DNA from: a virus | Lineage: Duplodnaviria; Heunggongvirae; Uroviricota; Caudoviricetes | IMG/VR virus record: IMGVR_UViG_2636415477_000002 | Location: 1 to 20,853 of that record | Direction: 5' to 3' (one strand) | Length of the DNA: 20,853 nt | Shown here: piece by piece, positions 8,556 through 16,819 of the stretch | How positions within the stretch are numbered: the first letter of the stretch is position 1 | Layout: every line of letters starts with the position of its first letter | The notes under the pieces: model-generated | Databases searched by the model: none | What the model saw: the letters and a program-made list of their open reading frames with translations, nothing else | What the model was told of the DNA's origin: nothing | Made by a program: the position numbers and the translations under genes

Positions 8556-8924
8556 ATGGCAACAAAAGAAGAAAATCAGAAACGTCTTCGTGAACTGGCT
8601 GGCCTGCTGGGGCGCGAGGCGGATATGTCGGGGAGTGCAGCGGATATCGCACAGCGTGTGGCAGAGTGGGAAGAGGAGGTTTGCGCATCGGAAAATGAAA
8701 TCGCAGATGTTGATGATACCGTTTATGAGCAGGCATACAGGAACACCGGTGAGGATGCTTTCGGTATTCTGGAACGTATCATGCTTCTGAAGTGTTTTTA
8801 CCTGTGCGGTGTTGACGATGAAACAGGTGAGCCTGTTGAGCATGTTGATGCTGGCAGAGTAATTCTGATGCCCCCCTCAGTGGCAAAAGACATGGTCAAG
8901 AGTGGAATGGCCGTTTATGCGTGA
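8556..8924 (+). CDS. FI: DNA-packaging / head assembly protein, FI-like
   Basis: 122 aa acidic protein at the FI position between E and FII; weaker similarity to lambda gpFI than neighbouring genes, so the call is mainly positional. Confidence 0.7.
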   Translation: MATKEENQKRLRELAGLLGREADMSGSAADIAQRVAEWEEEVCASENEIADVDDTVYEQAYRNTGEDAFGILERIMLLKCFYLCGVDDETGEPVEHVDAGRVILMPPSVAKDMVKSGMAVYA

Positions 8925-9270
8925 TTTTCAGAATGCCTTCGATGCTGCCCTCGCCGGGGTGGACAGCACGATTGTTGAAGTGATGGGACTTTGTGCGCAG
9001 TTCACCTCGGGGGCACAGCGTGGTGGCGAAGTTCAGGGGGTTTTTGACGATCCGGAGTCGCTGGGTTTTGCCGGTGGCGGGGTCCGTATTGAAGGAAGCA
9101 GCCCGTCATTATTTGTGCGGACGGATACGGTTCGGGCTGTGCGGCGTGGTGACACGCTGACCATTAACGGCGAGATGTTCTGGGTGGATCGTGTTTCTCC
9201 GGATGACGGGGGAAGCTGTTATCTCTGGCTCAACCGTGGGCAACCACCCGCTGTTAACCGGCGACGATAA
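8917..9270 (+). CDS. FII: Head-tail connector / head completion protein
   Basis: Matches lambda gpFII (GVFDDPE, GVR-EGSSPSLFVRTD-VR, RRGDTLTI, FWVDRVSPDDGGSC-LWL-RG-PPAVNRRR). ATG 8917 chosen over the upstream GTG 8902 by alignment to the lambda N-terminus. Confidence 0.92.
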   Translation: MRDFQNAFDAALAGVDSTIVEVMGLCAQFTSGAQRGGEVQGVFDDPESLGFAGGGVRIEGSSPSLFVRTDTVRAVRRGDTLTINGEMFWVDRVSPDDGGSCYLWLNRGQPPAVNRRR

Positions 9271-9285
9271 ACGCAGGGTGAAATT

Positions 9286-9819
9286 ATGGCGATAAAAGGG
9301 CTTGATCAGGCGATTGATAATCTGAGCCGGGTTCGTAAAAACGCCATTCCGGCGGCTTCAGCAATGACGATTAACCGCGTGGCCACAACGGCGATTAATC
9401 AGTCTTCGTCACAGGTTGCCCGGGAAACCAGGGTGAGACGGAAACTGGTAAAGGAACGGTCCAGACTGAAACGGGCGACGGTCAGAAATCCGAATGCCAG
9501 AATTATCGTTAACCGCGGTGATCTCCCTGTGATTAAGCTGGGGATCAGGATGCTGGGGCGTCGCCCGAACAGCATACTTAAAGCCGGTCAGCATCGGTAT
9601 CAGCGGGCATTTATTCAGCGATTAAAAAATGGTCGCTGGCATGTCATGCAGCGTGTGGCCGGGAAAAACCGTTACCCCATTGATGTGGTGAAAATCCCGA
9701 TGGCGGCCCCACTGAAACAGGCATTTGATGAGAATGTTGACCGTATCCGGCGTGAACGCCTGCCTAAAGAACTGGCATACGCGCTGAAACAACAACTGAG
9801 GATTGCAATAAAACGATGA
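9286..9819 (+). CDS. Z: Tail completion protein
   Basis: 177 aa; MAIKGL-QA--NLSR, SQVARET-VRRKLVKER-RLKRATV, RGDLPVIKLG and NGRWHVMQRVAGKNRYPIDVVKIPMA match lambda gpZ. Confidence 0.95.
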   Translation: MAIKGLDQAIDNLSRVRKNAIPAASAMTINRVATTAINQSSSQVARETRVRRKLVKERSRLKRATVRNPNARIIVNRGDLPVIKLGIRMLGRRPNSILKAGQHRYQRAFIQRLKNGRWHVMQRVAGKNRYPIDVVKIPMAAPLKQAFDENVDRIRRERLPKELAYALKQQLRIAIKR

Positions 9820-10211
9820 AACACACTGACATTCGTGCCGCAGTGCTGGATGCACTCGAGCAGCATGAACACGGGGCGACGCTGTTTGATGGTCGCCCCG
9901 TTGTTTTTGACGAAGAGGATTTTCCTGCGATCGCGGTTTATCTGACGGATGCAGAGTATACCGGTGAAGAGCTGGATGCAGATACCTGGCGGGCCACACT
10001 GCATATTGAGGTGTTTTTACCGGCACAGGTACCTGATTCGGAGCTCGATCAGTGGATGGAAAGCCGGATTTATCCGGCGATGACTGCGATCCCGGCACTG
10101 GCAGGACTGATTACCACGATGGTTACGCAGGGCTATGAGTATCATCGTGATGACGATATGGCGTTATGGAGCTCTGCGGATCTGACTTATTCCATTACAT
10201 ACGAGATGTGA
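9816..10211 (+). CDS. U: Tail terminator protein
   Basis: 131 aa, near-collinear with lambda gpU ([63 protein letters not shown]). ATGA overlap with Z. Confidence 0.96.
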   Translation: MKHTDIRAAVLDALEQHEHGATLFDGRPVVFDEEDFPAIAVYLTDAEYTGEELDADTWRATLHIEVFLPAQVPDSELDQWMESRIYPAMTAIPALAGLITTMVTQGYEYHRDDDMALWSSADLTYSITYEM

Positions 10212-10218
10212 GGACGAT

Positions 10219-10965
10219 ATGGCAACACCAAATCCCCTGGAGCCGGTAAAAGGTGCCGGTACCACTCTGTGGGTTTACAACGGCAAGGGTGATGCTTATG
10301 CAAACCCGTTGTCAGACGATGACTGGCAGCGACTGGCTAAGGTGAAGGATCTGACGCCGGGCGAGATGACGGCAGAATCCTACGATGATAACTACCTGGA
10401 TGATGAAGACGCGGACTGGACCTCGACCGGGCAGGGACAGAAATCTGCAGGTGATACCAGTTTTACGCTGGCCTGGAAACCGGGTGAGGAAGGCCAGAAA
10501 GGGCTTATCGCATGGTTTGAAAGCGGGGATGTCAGGGCCTATAAAATCCGGTTCCCGAATGGTACGGTGGATGTGTTCAGTGGCTGGGTCAGCAGTATCG
10601 GTAAGGCCGTGACGGCGAAGGAAGTGATCACCAGAACGGTGAAAGTTACCAATGTGGGACGCCCGTCGATGGCGGAAAATCTCACTAAAATTACGCCGGT
10701 TTCCGGTGTGACCATTAAACCGGAAACCCTGACCCTAGAAAAAGGGAAGGCAGGCACACTTACTGTGGCTGTGTTGCCGGATAATGCGTCTGATCCTTCA
10801 TTAAGGGTGTCGACCGTGCATCGTGCGGTGGCCACAGCCACGTTGAAGGAGAACACAGTGACGGTAAACGCACTTGAGAAAGGAACAACGTCGGTCGTGG
10901 TCATGAGTGATAACGGTAATTTTGTCGCTCTGGCGACAGTAACCGTTAATGTCCCTGCCGCGTAA
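10219..10965 (+). CDS. V: Major tail tube protein with a C-terminal Ig-like domain
   Basis: N-terminal 160 aa match lambda gpV ([111 protein letters not shown]); C-terminal 90 aa is a divergent beta-rich Ig-like domain. Confidence 0.96.
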   Translation: MATPNPLEPVKGAGTTLWVYNGKGDAYANPLSDDDWQRLAKVKDLTPGEMTAESYDDNYLDDEDADWTSTGQGQKSAGDTSFTLAWKPGEEGQKGLIAWFESGDVRAYKIRFPNGTVDVFSGWVSSIGKAVTAKEVITRTVKVTNVGRPSMAENLTKITPVSGVTIKPETLTLEKGKAGTLTVAVLPDNASDPSLRVSTVHRAVATATLKENTVTVNALEKGTTSVVVMSDNGNFVALATVTVNVPAA

Positions 10966-10986
10966 CGGGTGTTTAGGAGAACACGC

Positions 10987-11418
10987 ATGTTTCTTAAAAC
11001 AGAACAATTTGAATATAACGGTGTGTCTGTCACGCTTTCGGAGCTGTCTGCGCTGCAGCGTATCGAGCATCTTGCCCTGCTGAAACGGCGGGCAGAAGAG
11101 GCTGAAGCCAGCGGCAACCTGCAGGTGAGTGTGGAAGATCTTGTCAGAACCGGCGCGTTTCTGGTGGCGATGTCCCTGTGGCATAACCATCCGGAGAAAG
11201 TGCAGCTGCTGTCAATGAATGAGGCCGTGATGCAGATCGAACAGGATGTGCTGACGACCTGGCCGGCTGATGCCATTGCCCGGGCGGAAGAGGTGGTGTT
11301 ACGTCTGTCCGGGATGAGCGGGGCTGTTCATGCGAATACTGACAGCACCGAAGTGGCGAAAAATAACACGCTGACTGATGATGATTTTTCTGCGGGAAAG
11401 TCTTCGACGGCGAGCTGA
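10987..11418 (+). CDS. G: Tail assembly chaperone G (zero-frame product)
   Basis: Matches lambda gpG (MFLKTE-FE-NGV-VTLSELSALQRIEHLAL-KR, VAMSLWHNHP-K, SMNEAV-QIEQ-VLTTWP). ATG 10987 with AGGAGA 7 nt upstream; the ORF-track start 10969 is an upstream GTG. Confidence 0.93.
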   Translation: MFLKTEQFEYNGVSVTLSELSALQRIEHLALLKRRAEEAEASGNLQVSVEDLVRTGAFLVAMSLWHNHPEKVQLLSMNEAVMQIEQDVLTTWPADAIARAEEVVLRLSGMSGAVHANTDSTEVAKNNTLTDDDFSAGKSSTAS

Positions 11419-11858
11419 ACTTTGCCCTCAGACTGGCGCGTGAGATGGGAAGACCCGACTGGCGCGCCATGCTTGCCGGGATGACATCCACCGAATATGC
11501 CGACTGGCACCGTTTTTACCGCACGCATTATTTTCAGGATACCCAGCTGGATATGCATTTTTCCGGGCTGACGTACGCTGTACTCAGCCTGTTTTTTTGC
11601 GATCCGGATATGCATCCCTCTGATTTCAGTCTGCTTGTCCCCCGGCATGAGGAAGAGCAGGTGGAGAGGCCGGATGAGGACAAAATGCTGATGCAGAAAG
11701 CGGCAGGACTTGCCGGAGGCGTCCGGTTCGGTGGGGACGGAGGGCGCGATATTTTATCGTCTGCGGATGTGGCGGATGTCATGGTGGATGATGCCGCATT
11801 AATGATGGCTTCAGCGGGGATTCCGGGAGGTGTGAGATATGTCCCAGCCGGTTGGTGA
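10987..11858 (+). CDS. T: Tail assembly chaperone G-T fusion made by a programmed -1 ribosomal frameshift at 11394-11400
   Basis: ORF 11445-11858 is in the -1 frame relative to G and is open back to the slippery site; post-shift translation VFDGELNFALRLAREMGRPDWRAMLAGMTSTEYADWHRFY matches the lambda gpGT junction and T sequence. Confidence 0.88.
11394..11400 (+). promoter_or_regulatory. Slippery heptamer G GGA AAG for the G/T -1 programmed frameshift
   Basis: GGGAAAG in the X XXY YYZ register relative to the G frame (codons GCG GGA AAG), 18 nt before the G stop, as in lambda. Confidence 0.85.
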
Positions 11859-14412
11859 TCTTGTTATTGACCTGAGTCTGGATGCGGCCCGTTTCGATGA
11901 GCAGATGAGCCGGGTAAGGCGTCATTTTTCAGGACTGGATACCGACGCCAGAAAAACCGCCGGTGCCGTTGAGCAGAGTCTGAACCGTCAGGCGCTGGCC
12001 GCACAAAAAGCCGGGATTTCCGTCGGGCAGTATAAAGCAGCCATGCGTACCCTGCCCGCACAGTTTACGGATATCGCCACGCAGCTTGCCGGTGGTCAGA
12101 ATCCCTGGCTCATCCTGCTGCAACAGGGCGGTCAGGTGAAGGACTCCTTCGGCGGGATGATCCCCATGTTCAGGGGGCTTGCCGGTGCGATCAGCCTGCC
12201 GATGGTCGGGGTCACCTCGCTGGCGGTGGCGACAGGTGCGCTGGCGTACGCCTGGTACCAGGGGGATTCCACGCTTTCAGAATTTAATAAAACGCTGGTC
12301 CTTTCCGGCAATCAGGCCGGACTGACTGCCGATCGTATGCTGACGCTCTCCAGAGCCGGGCAGGCGGCAGGGCTGACGTTTAACCAGGCGAGAGAGTCAC
12401 TGGCAGCCCTGGTGAATGCCGGTGTGCGTGGTGGTGAACAGTTTGATGCCATTAACCAGAGTGTCGCGCGTTTTGCGTCTGCATCCGGTGTTGAAGTGGA
12501 CAAGGTTGCAGAGGCTTTCGGAAAACTGACCACCGACCCGACGTCGGGACTGATGGCGATGGCGCGCCAGTTCCGTAACGTGACGGCAGAGCAGATTGCG
12601 TATGTTGCACAACTGCAGCGTTCCGGAGACGAGGCCGGGGCCTTACAGGCGGCGAACGATATCGCCACGAAAGGCTTTGATGAGCAGACCCGTCGCCTGA
12701 AAGAAAACATGGGAACACTGGAGACCTGGGCGGATAAAACAGGGAAGGCATTCAAATCGATGTGGGATGCCATTCTGGATATCGGTCGTCCGGAATCCTC
12801 AGCGGATATGCTCGCCAGTGCGCAGAAGGCATTTGATGAGGCGGATAAAAAATGGCAGTGGTACCAGAGCCGGAGCCAGCGCCGCGGTAAAACCTCCTCT
12901 TTCCGGGCCAACCTTCAGGGCGCATGGGATGACCGGGAAAATGCCCGTCTGGGTCTGGCAGCGGCAACGCTGCAGTCGGATATGGAAAAAGCCGGTGAAC
13001 TGGCGGCAAGGGACAGGGCTGAGCGTGAGTCGTCACAGCTGAAGTATACCGGAGAGGCGCAGAAGGCGTATGAGCGCCTGCTGACGCCACTGGAGAAATA
13101 TACCGCCCGGCAGGAAGAGCTGAATAAGGCCCTGAAAGACGGGAAAATCCTGCAGGCGGATTACAACACGCTGATGGCGTCGGCAAAAAAGGATTATGAG
13201 TCGACGCAGAAAAAGCCGTCCGGTGTGAAGGTGTCTGCCGGTGAGCGCCAGGAAGACCGGGCGCATGCAGCCATGCTGGCGCTTGAAACCGAGCTCAGGA
13301 CGCTGGAAAAACACAGCGGTGTGAATGAGAAAATCAGCCAGCAGCGCCGGGATTTATGGAAAGCGGAAAATCAGTATGTGGTCCTGAAAGAGGCCGCCAC
13401 GAAACGGCAGTTATCTGAGCAGGAAAAATCCCTGCTGGCCCATGAGAAAGAGACGCTGGAGTACAAACGCCAGCTGGCTGAGCTGGGCGACAAGGTTGAA
13501 CACCAGAAGCGGCTGAATGAGCTGGCACAGCAGGCGGCGCGGTTTGAACAGCAGCAGAGCGCGAAGCAGGCGGCAATCAGCGCAAAAGCCCGCGGCCTCA
13601 CCGACCGTCAGGCGCAGCGGGAGTCGGAAGAGCAGCGCCTTCGTGACGTGTACGGTGATAATCCGGATGCGCTGGCGAAGGCCACATCTGCACTGAAGAA
13701 CACCTGGTCTGCGGAGGAGCAGCTTCGTGGAAGCTGGATGGCGGGTCTGAAGTCCGGCTGGGGCGAGTGGGCGGAAAGTGCGACGGACAGTTTTTCGCAG
13801 GTTAAAAGCGCGGCCACGCAGACCTTTGACGGTATTGCACAGAATATGGCAGCGATGCTGACCGGCAGCGAACAGAACTGGCGTGGTTTCACCCGTTCCG
13901 TGCTCTCCATGCTGACAGAGATTTTTCTGAAGCAGGCGATGGTGGGGATTGTCGGGAGTATCGGCAGCGCCATTGGTGGTGCTTTCGGTGGTGGCGCATC
14001 CGCTTCCACGGGGACGGCCATTCAGGCTGCGGCGGCGAACTTCCATTTCGCGACCGGGGGATTTACGGGAACCGGTGGCAAATATGAGCCAGCGGGGATT
14101 GTCCACCGCGGGGAGTTTGTCTTCACGAAGGAGGCAACCAGCCGGATTGGTGTCGGGAACCTGTACCGCCTGATGCGGGGCTATGCGGAAGGGGGGTATG
14201 TGGGTGCTGCCGGAAGTCCGGCGCAGATGCGGCGGGCCGAAGGCATTAATTTTAATCAGAACAATCACGTGGTGATTCAGAACGACGGTACGAATGGTCT
14301 GCCAGGTCCACAGATGATGAAAGCGGTGTATGAGATGGCCCGTAAAGGTGCGCAGGATGAGCTCCGGCTGCAGTTGCGTGATGGCGGTCTGTTATCGGGG
14401 AGCGGGCGATGA
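11839..14412 (+). CDS. H: Tail tape measure protein
   Basis: 857 aa, collinear with lambda gpH along its full length (PVGDLV-DLSLDAARFDEQM-RVRRHFSG, QKAGISVGQYKAAMR-LPAQFTD, FHFATGGFTGTGGKYEPAGIVHRGEFVFTKEATSRIGVGNLYRLMRGYA). Start overlaps the end of T. Confidence 0.97.
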   Translation: MSQPVGDLVIDLSLDAARFDEQMSRVRRHFSGLDTDARKTAGAVEQSLNRQALAAQKAGISVGQYKAAMRTLPAQFTDIATQLAGGQNPWLILLQQGGQVKDSFGGMIPMFRGLAGAISLPMVGVTSLAVATGALAYAWYQGDSTLSEFNKTLVLSGNQAGLTADRMLTLSRAGQAAGLTFNQARESLAALVNAGVRGGEQFDAINQSVARFASASGVEVDKVAEAFGKLTTDPTSGLMAMARQFRNVTAEQIAYVAQLQRSGDEAGALQAANDIATKGFDEQTRRLKENMGTLETWADKTGKAFKSMWDAILDIGRPESSADMLASAQKAFDEADKKWQWYQSRSQRRGKTSSFRANLQGAWDDRENARLGLAAATLQSDMEKAGELAARDRAERESSQLKYTGEAQKAYERLLTPLEKYTARQEELNKALKDGKILQADYNTLMASAKKDYESTQKKPSGVKVSAGERQEDRAHAAMLALETELRTLEKHSGVNEKISQQRRDLWKAENQYVVLKEAATKRQLSEQEKSLLAHEKETLEYKRQLAELGDKVEHQKRLNELAQQAARFEQQQSAKQAAISAKARGLTDRQAQRESEEQRLRDVYGDNPDALAKATSALKNTWSAEEQLRGSWMAGLKSGWGEWAESATDSFSQVKSAATQTFDGIAQNMAAMLTGSEQNWRGFTRSVLSMLTEIFLKQAMVGIVGSIGSAIGGAFGGGASASTGTAIQAAAANFHFATGGFTGTGGKYEPAGIVHRGEFVFTKEATSRIGVGNLYRLMRGYAEGGYVGAAGSPAQMRRAEGINFNQNNHVVIQNDGTNGLPGPQMMKAVYEMARKGAQDELRLQLRDGGLLSGSGR

Positions 14413-14738
14413 AAACATTTCGCTGGAAAGTGAAGCCGGATATGGAGGTGAACTCGCAGCCATCGGTGCGTGAAGTGCGTTTTGGTGACGGGTACTCACA
14501 GCGTATGGCGGCAGGGCTGAATGCTGACCTGAAAACATACCGGGTGATGCTTTCCGTGACCCGGGAGGAGGCCCGTCATCTGGAAGCGTTCCTGGCAGAG
14601 CACGGTGGCTGGAAGGCATTTTTGTGGAAGCCACCCTATGCATACCGGCAGATAAAGGTGACCTGTGCCGGGTGGTCTGCGCGGGTCGGGATGTTGCGCG
14701 TTGAGTTCAGCGCGGAGTTTAAGCAGGTGGTGAACTGA
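14409..14738 (+). CDS. M: Minor tail protein M
   Basis: 109 aa; MKTFRWKVKP, VRFGDGYSQR, HGGWK-FLW-PPY, RQIKVTCA-WS-RV-MLRVEFSAEF-QVVN match lambda gpM. ATGA overlap with H. Confidence 0.96.
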   Translation: MKTFRWKVKPDMEVNSQPSVREVRFGDGYSQRMAAGLNADLKTYRVMLSVTREEARHLEAFLAEHGGWKAFLWKPPYAYRQIKVTCAGWSARVGMLRVEFSAEFKQVVN

Positions 14739-15436
14739 TGCAGGATATTCACGAAGAAAGTCTGAACGAGTCGGTTAAATCAGAGCAGTCACCGCGGGTG
14801 GTGCTCTGGGAAATCGACCTGACGGTACAGGGCGGTGAGCGGTATTTTTTCTGCAATGAGCTGAATGAAAAAGGGGAGCCGGTCACCTGGCAGGGGCGGC
14901 AATATCAGGCGTACCCGATTGAGGGCAGCGGCTTTGAGATGAACGGGAAGGGCAGCAGTGCCAGACCGTTGCTGACGGTGTCCAATCTGTTTGGTCTTGT
15001 CACCGGAATGGCGGAGGATTTGCAGAGCCTGGTGGGGGCCACGGTGGTCCGCCGCCGGGTGTATGCCCGTTTTCTGGATGCGGTGAATTTCGTTGCGGGC
15101 AATCCGGAGGCGGACCCGGAGCAGGAGCTGAGTGACCGCTGGGTGGTGGAGCAGATGTCGGAGCTGACAGCCATGACGGCCTCGTTTGTGCTGGCGACAC
15201 CGACGGAGACGGACGGGGCGCTGTTTCCCGGTCGCATCATGCTGGCGAACACCTGTATGTGGGATTACCGGGGAGATGAATGCGGGTATAACGGTCCTGC
15301 GGTGGCGGATGAGTTCGACAACCCCACCACGGATATCCGTAAGGACAGATGCAGCAAGTGCATGCGCGGGTGTGAACTGCGCAGGAATGTCGGCAATTTT
15401 GGCGGTTTCCTTTCCATTAATAAACTTTCGCAGTAA
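14738..15436 (+). CDS. L: Minor tail protein L
   Basis: 232 aa; VVLWEIDLT, GGERYFFCNE-NEKGEPVTWQGRQYQ, VVRR-VYARFLDAVNFV, FPGRIMLANTC-W-YRGDECGY-GPAVADE and C-terminal NVGNFGGFLSINKLSQ match lambda gpL. Confidence 0.96.
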   Translation: MQDIHEESLNESVKSEQSPRVVLWEIDLTVQGGERYFFCNELNEKGEPVTWQGRQYQAYPIEGSGFEMNGKGSSARPLLTVSNLFGLVTGMAEDLQSLVGATVVRRRVYARFLDAVNFVAGNPEADPEQELSDRWVVEQMSELTAMTASFVLATPTETDGALFPGRIMLANTCMWDYRGDECGYNGPAVADEFDNPTTDIRKDRCSKCMRGCELRRNVGNFGGFLSINKLSQ

Positions 15437-15446
15437 ATCCCGGTTT

Positions 15447-16190
15447 ATGACACAGACTGAATCAGCGATTCTGGCGCATGCCCGGCGGTGTGCGCCTGCG
15501 GAGTCGTGCGGCTTCGTGATAAGCACGCCGGAGGGGGAGCGGTATATCCCTTGTGTGAATATTTCCGCAGAGCCGGAGGCGTATTTTCGTATCGCACCGG
15601 AAGACTGGCTGCGGGCAGAGATGCAGGGGGAGATTGTGGCACTGGTCCACAGTCATCCCGGTGGTCTGCCCTGGCTGAGCGAGGCTGACCGGCGGCTGCA
15701 GATAAAAAGCGCACTGCCCTGGTGGCTGGTCAGCCGGGGTGACATTCACAAATTCCGCTGCGTTCCGCACCTGACCGGACGGCGCTTTGCGCACGGGGTG
15801 ACGGACTGTTACACCCTGTTCCGGGATGCATACCATCTGGCAGGCATTGATATGCCGGATTTTCACCGTGAGGATGACTGGTGGTGCAACGGTCAGAATC
15901 TCTATCTGGATAATCTGGAGGCCACAGGGCTGTATCAGGTGCCGTTGTCATCAGCACAACCGGGCGATGTGCTGCTGTGCTGTTTTGGTTCATCGGTGCC
16001 GAATCATGCCGCCATTTACTGTGGTGATGGCGAGCTGCTGCACCATATTCCTGAACAACTGAGCAAACGAGAGAGGTATACCGACAAATGGCAGCGACGC
16101 ACACACTCCCTCTGGCGTCACCGGGCATGGCGCGCATCTGCCTTTACGGGGATTTACAACGATTTGGCCGCCGCATCGACCTTCGTGTGA
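15447..16190 (+). CDS. K: Tail tip assembly protein K (MPN/JAB plus NlpC/P60-like)
   Basis: Very high similarity to lambda gpK (MTQTESAILAHARRCAPAESCGFV, HSHPGG, GVTDCYTLFRDAYHLAGI-MPDFHREDDWW). ATG 15447 follows the L stop; the ORF-track start 15186 is an upstream artefactual extension overlapping L. Confidence 0.95.
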   Translation: MTQTESAILAHARRCAPAESCGFVISTPEGERYIPCVNISAEPEAYFRIAPEDWLRAEMQGEIVALVHSHPGGLPWLSEADRRLQIKSALPWWLVSRGDIHKFRCVPHLTGRRFAHGVTDCYTLFRDAYHLAGIDMPDFHREDDWWCNGQNLYLDNLEATGLYQVPLSSAQPGDVLLCCFGSSVPNHAAIYCGDGELLHHIPEQLSKRERYTDKWQRRTHSLWRHRAWRASAFTGIYNDLAAASTFV

Positions 16191-16759
16191 AAACGGGGGC
16201 TGAAGCCATCCGGGCGCTGGCCACACAGCTCCCGGCGTTTCGTCAGAAACTGAGCGACGGCTGGTATCAGGTACGGATTGCCGGGCGGGACGTCAGCACG
16301 TCCGGATTGACGGCGCAGTTACATGAGGTTCTGCCTGACGGCGCTGTGATTCATATTGTTCCCAGAGTCGCCGGGGCCAAGTCAGGGGGCGTATTCCAGA
16401 TTGTTCTGGGGGCTACCGCCATTGCCGGATCATTCTTTACTGCCGGAGCCACCCTTGCAGCATGGGGGGCAGCCATTGGGGCCGGTGGTATGACCGGTAT
16501 CCTGTTTTCTCTCGGTGCCAGTATGGTACTTGGTGGTGTGGCGCAGATGCTGGCACCGAAAGCTAGAACTCCCCGTACACAGACAACGGATAACGGTAAG
16601 CAGAACACCTATTTCTCCTCACTGGATAACATGGTTGCCCAGGGCAATGTTCTGCCTGTTCTGTACGGTGAAATGCGCGTGGGGTCGCGGGTGGCTTCTC
16701 AGGAGATCAGCACGGCAGACGAGGGGGACGGTGGTCAGGTTGTGGTGATTGGTCGTTGA
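16088..16759 (+). CDS. I: Tail tip assembly protein I
   Basis: 223 aa, essentially collinear and near-identical to lambda gpI as I recall it; overlaps the 3' end of K by about 100 nt as in lambda. Confidence 0.96.
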   Translation: MAATHTLPLASPGMARICLYGDLQRFGRRIDLRVKTGAEAIRALATQLPAFRQKLSDGWYQVRIAGRDVSTSGLTAQLHEVLPDGAVIHIVPRVAGAKSGGVFQIVLGATAIAGSFFTAGATLAAWGAAIGAGGMTGILFSLGASMVLGGVAQMLAPKARTPRTQTTDNGKQNTYFSSLDNMVAQGNVLPVLYGEMRVGSRVASQEISTADEGDGGQVVVIGR

Positions 16760-16777
16760 TGAAAAACGTTTTATGTG

Positions 16778-16805
16778 AAACCGCCTCAGGGCGGTTTTGT
16801 CGTTT
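16778..16805 (+). terminator. Hairpin plus T-run between I and J (possible attenuator)
   Basis: AAACCGCC / loop TCAG / GGCGGTTT followed by TGTCGTTT. Confidence 0.4.
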
Positions 16806-16819
16806 CTGGAGCGTGAGGA

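Noticed and set aside
10969-10986. GTG start at 10969 for G (ORF-track start)
   Set aside because: The ATG at 10987 has a better-placed Shine-Dalgarno sequence (AGGAGA) and matches the lambda gpG N-terminus MFLKTE.
13411-14268. A 285-aa minus-strand ORF inside the tape measure gene H, plus similar antisense ORFs at 2269-2955, 5543-6118, 10539-11276, 12312-12911 and 14789-15526
   Set aside because: Same antisense-of-coding-gene artefact; each is fully contained in a well-supported + strand gene and has arginine-rich, unnatural composition.
15186-15446. Upstream extension of K in the ORF track (start at 15186)
   Set aside because: The extension overlaps the 3' end of L in another frame; the lambda gpK N-terminus (MTQTESAILAHARR) aligns to the internal ATG at 15447, just after the L stop.
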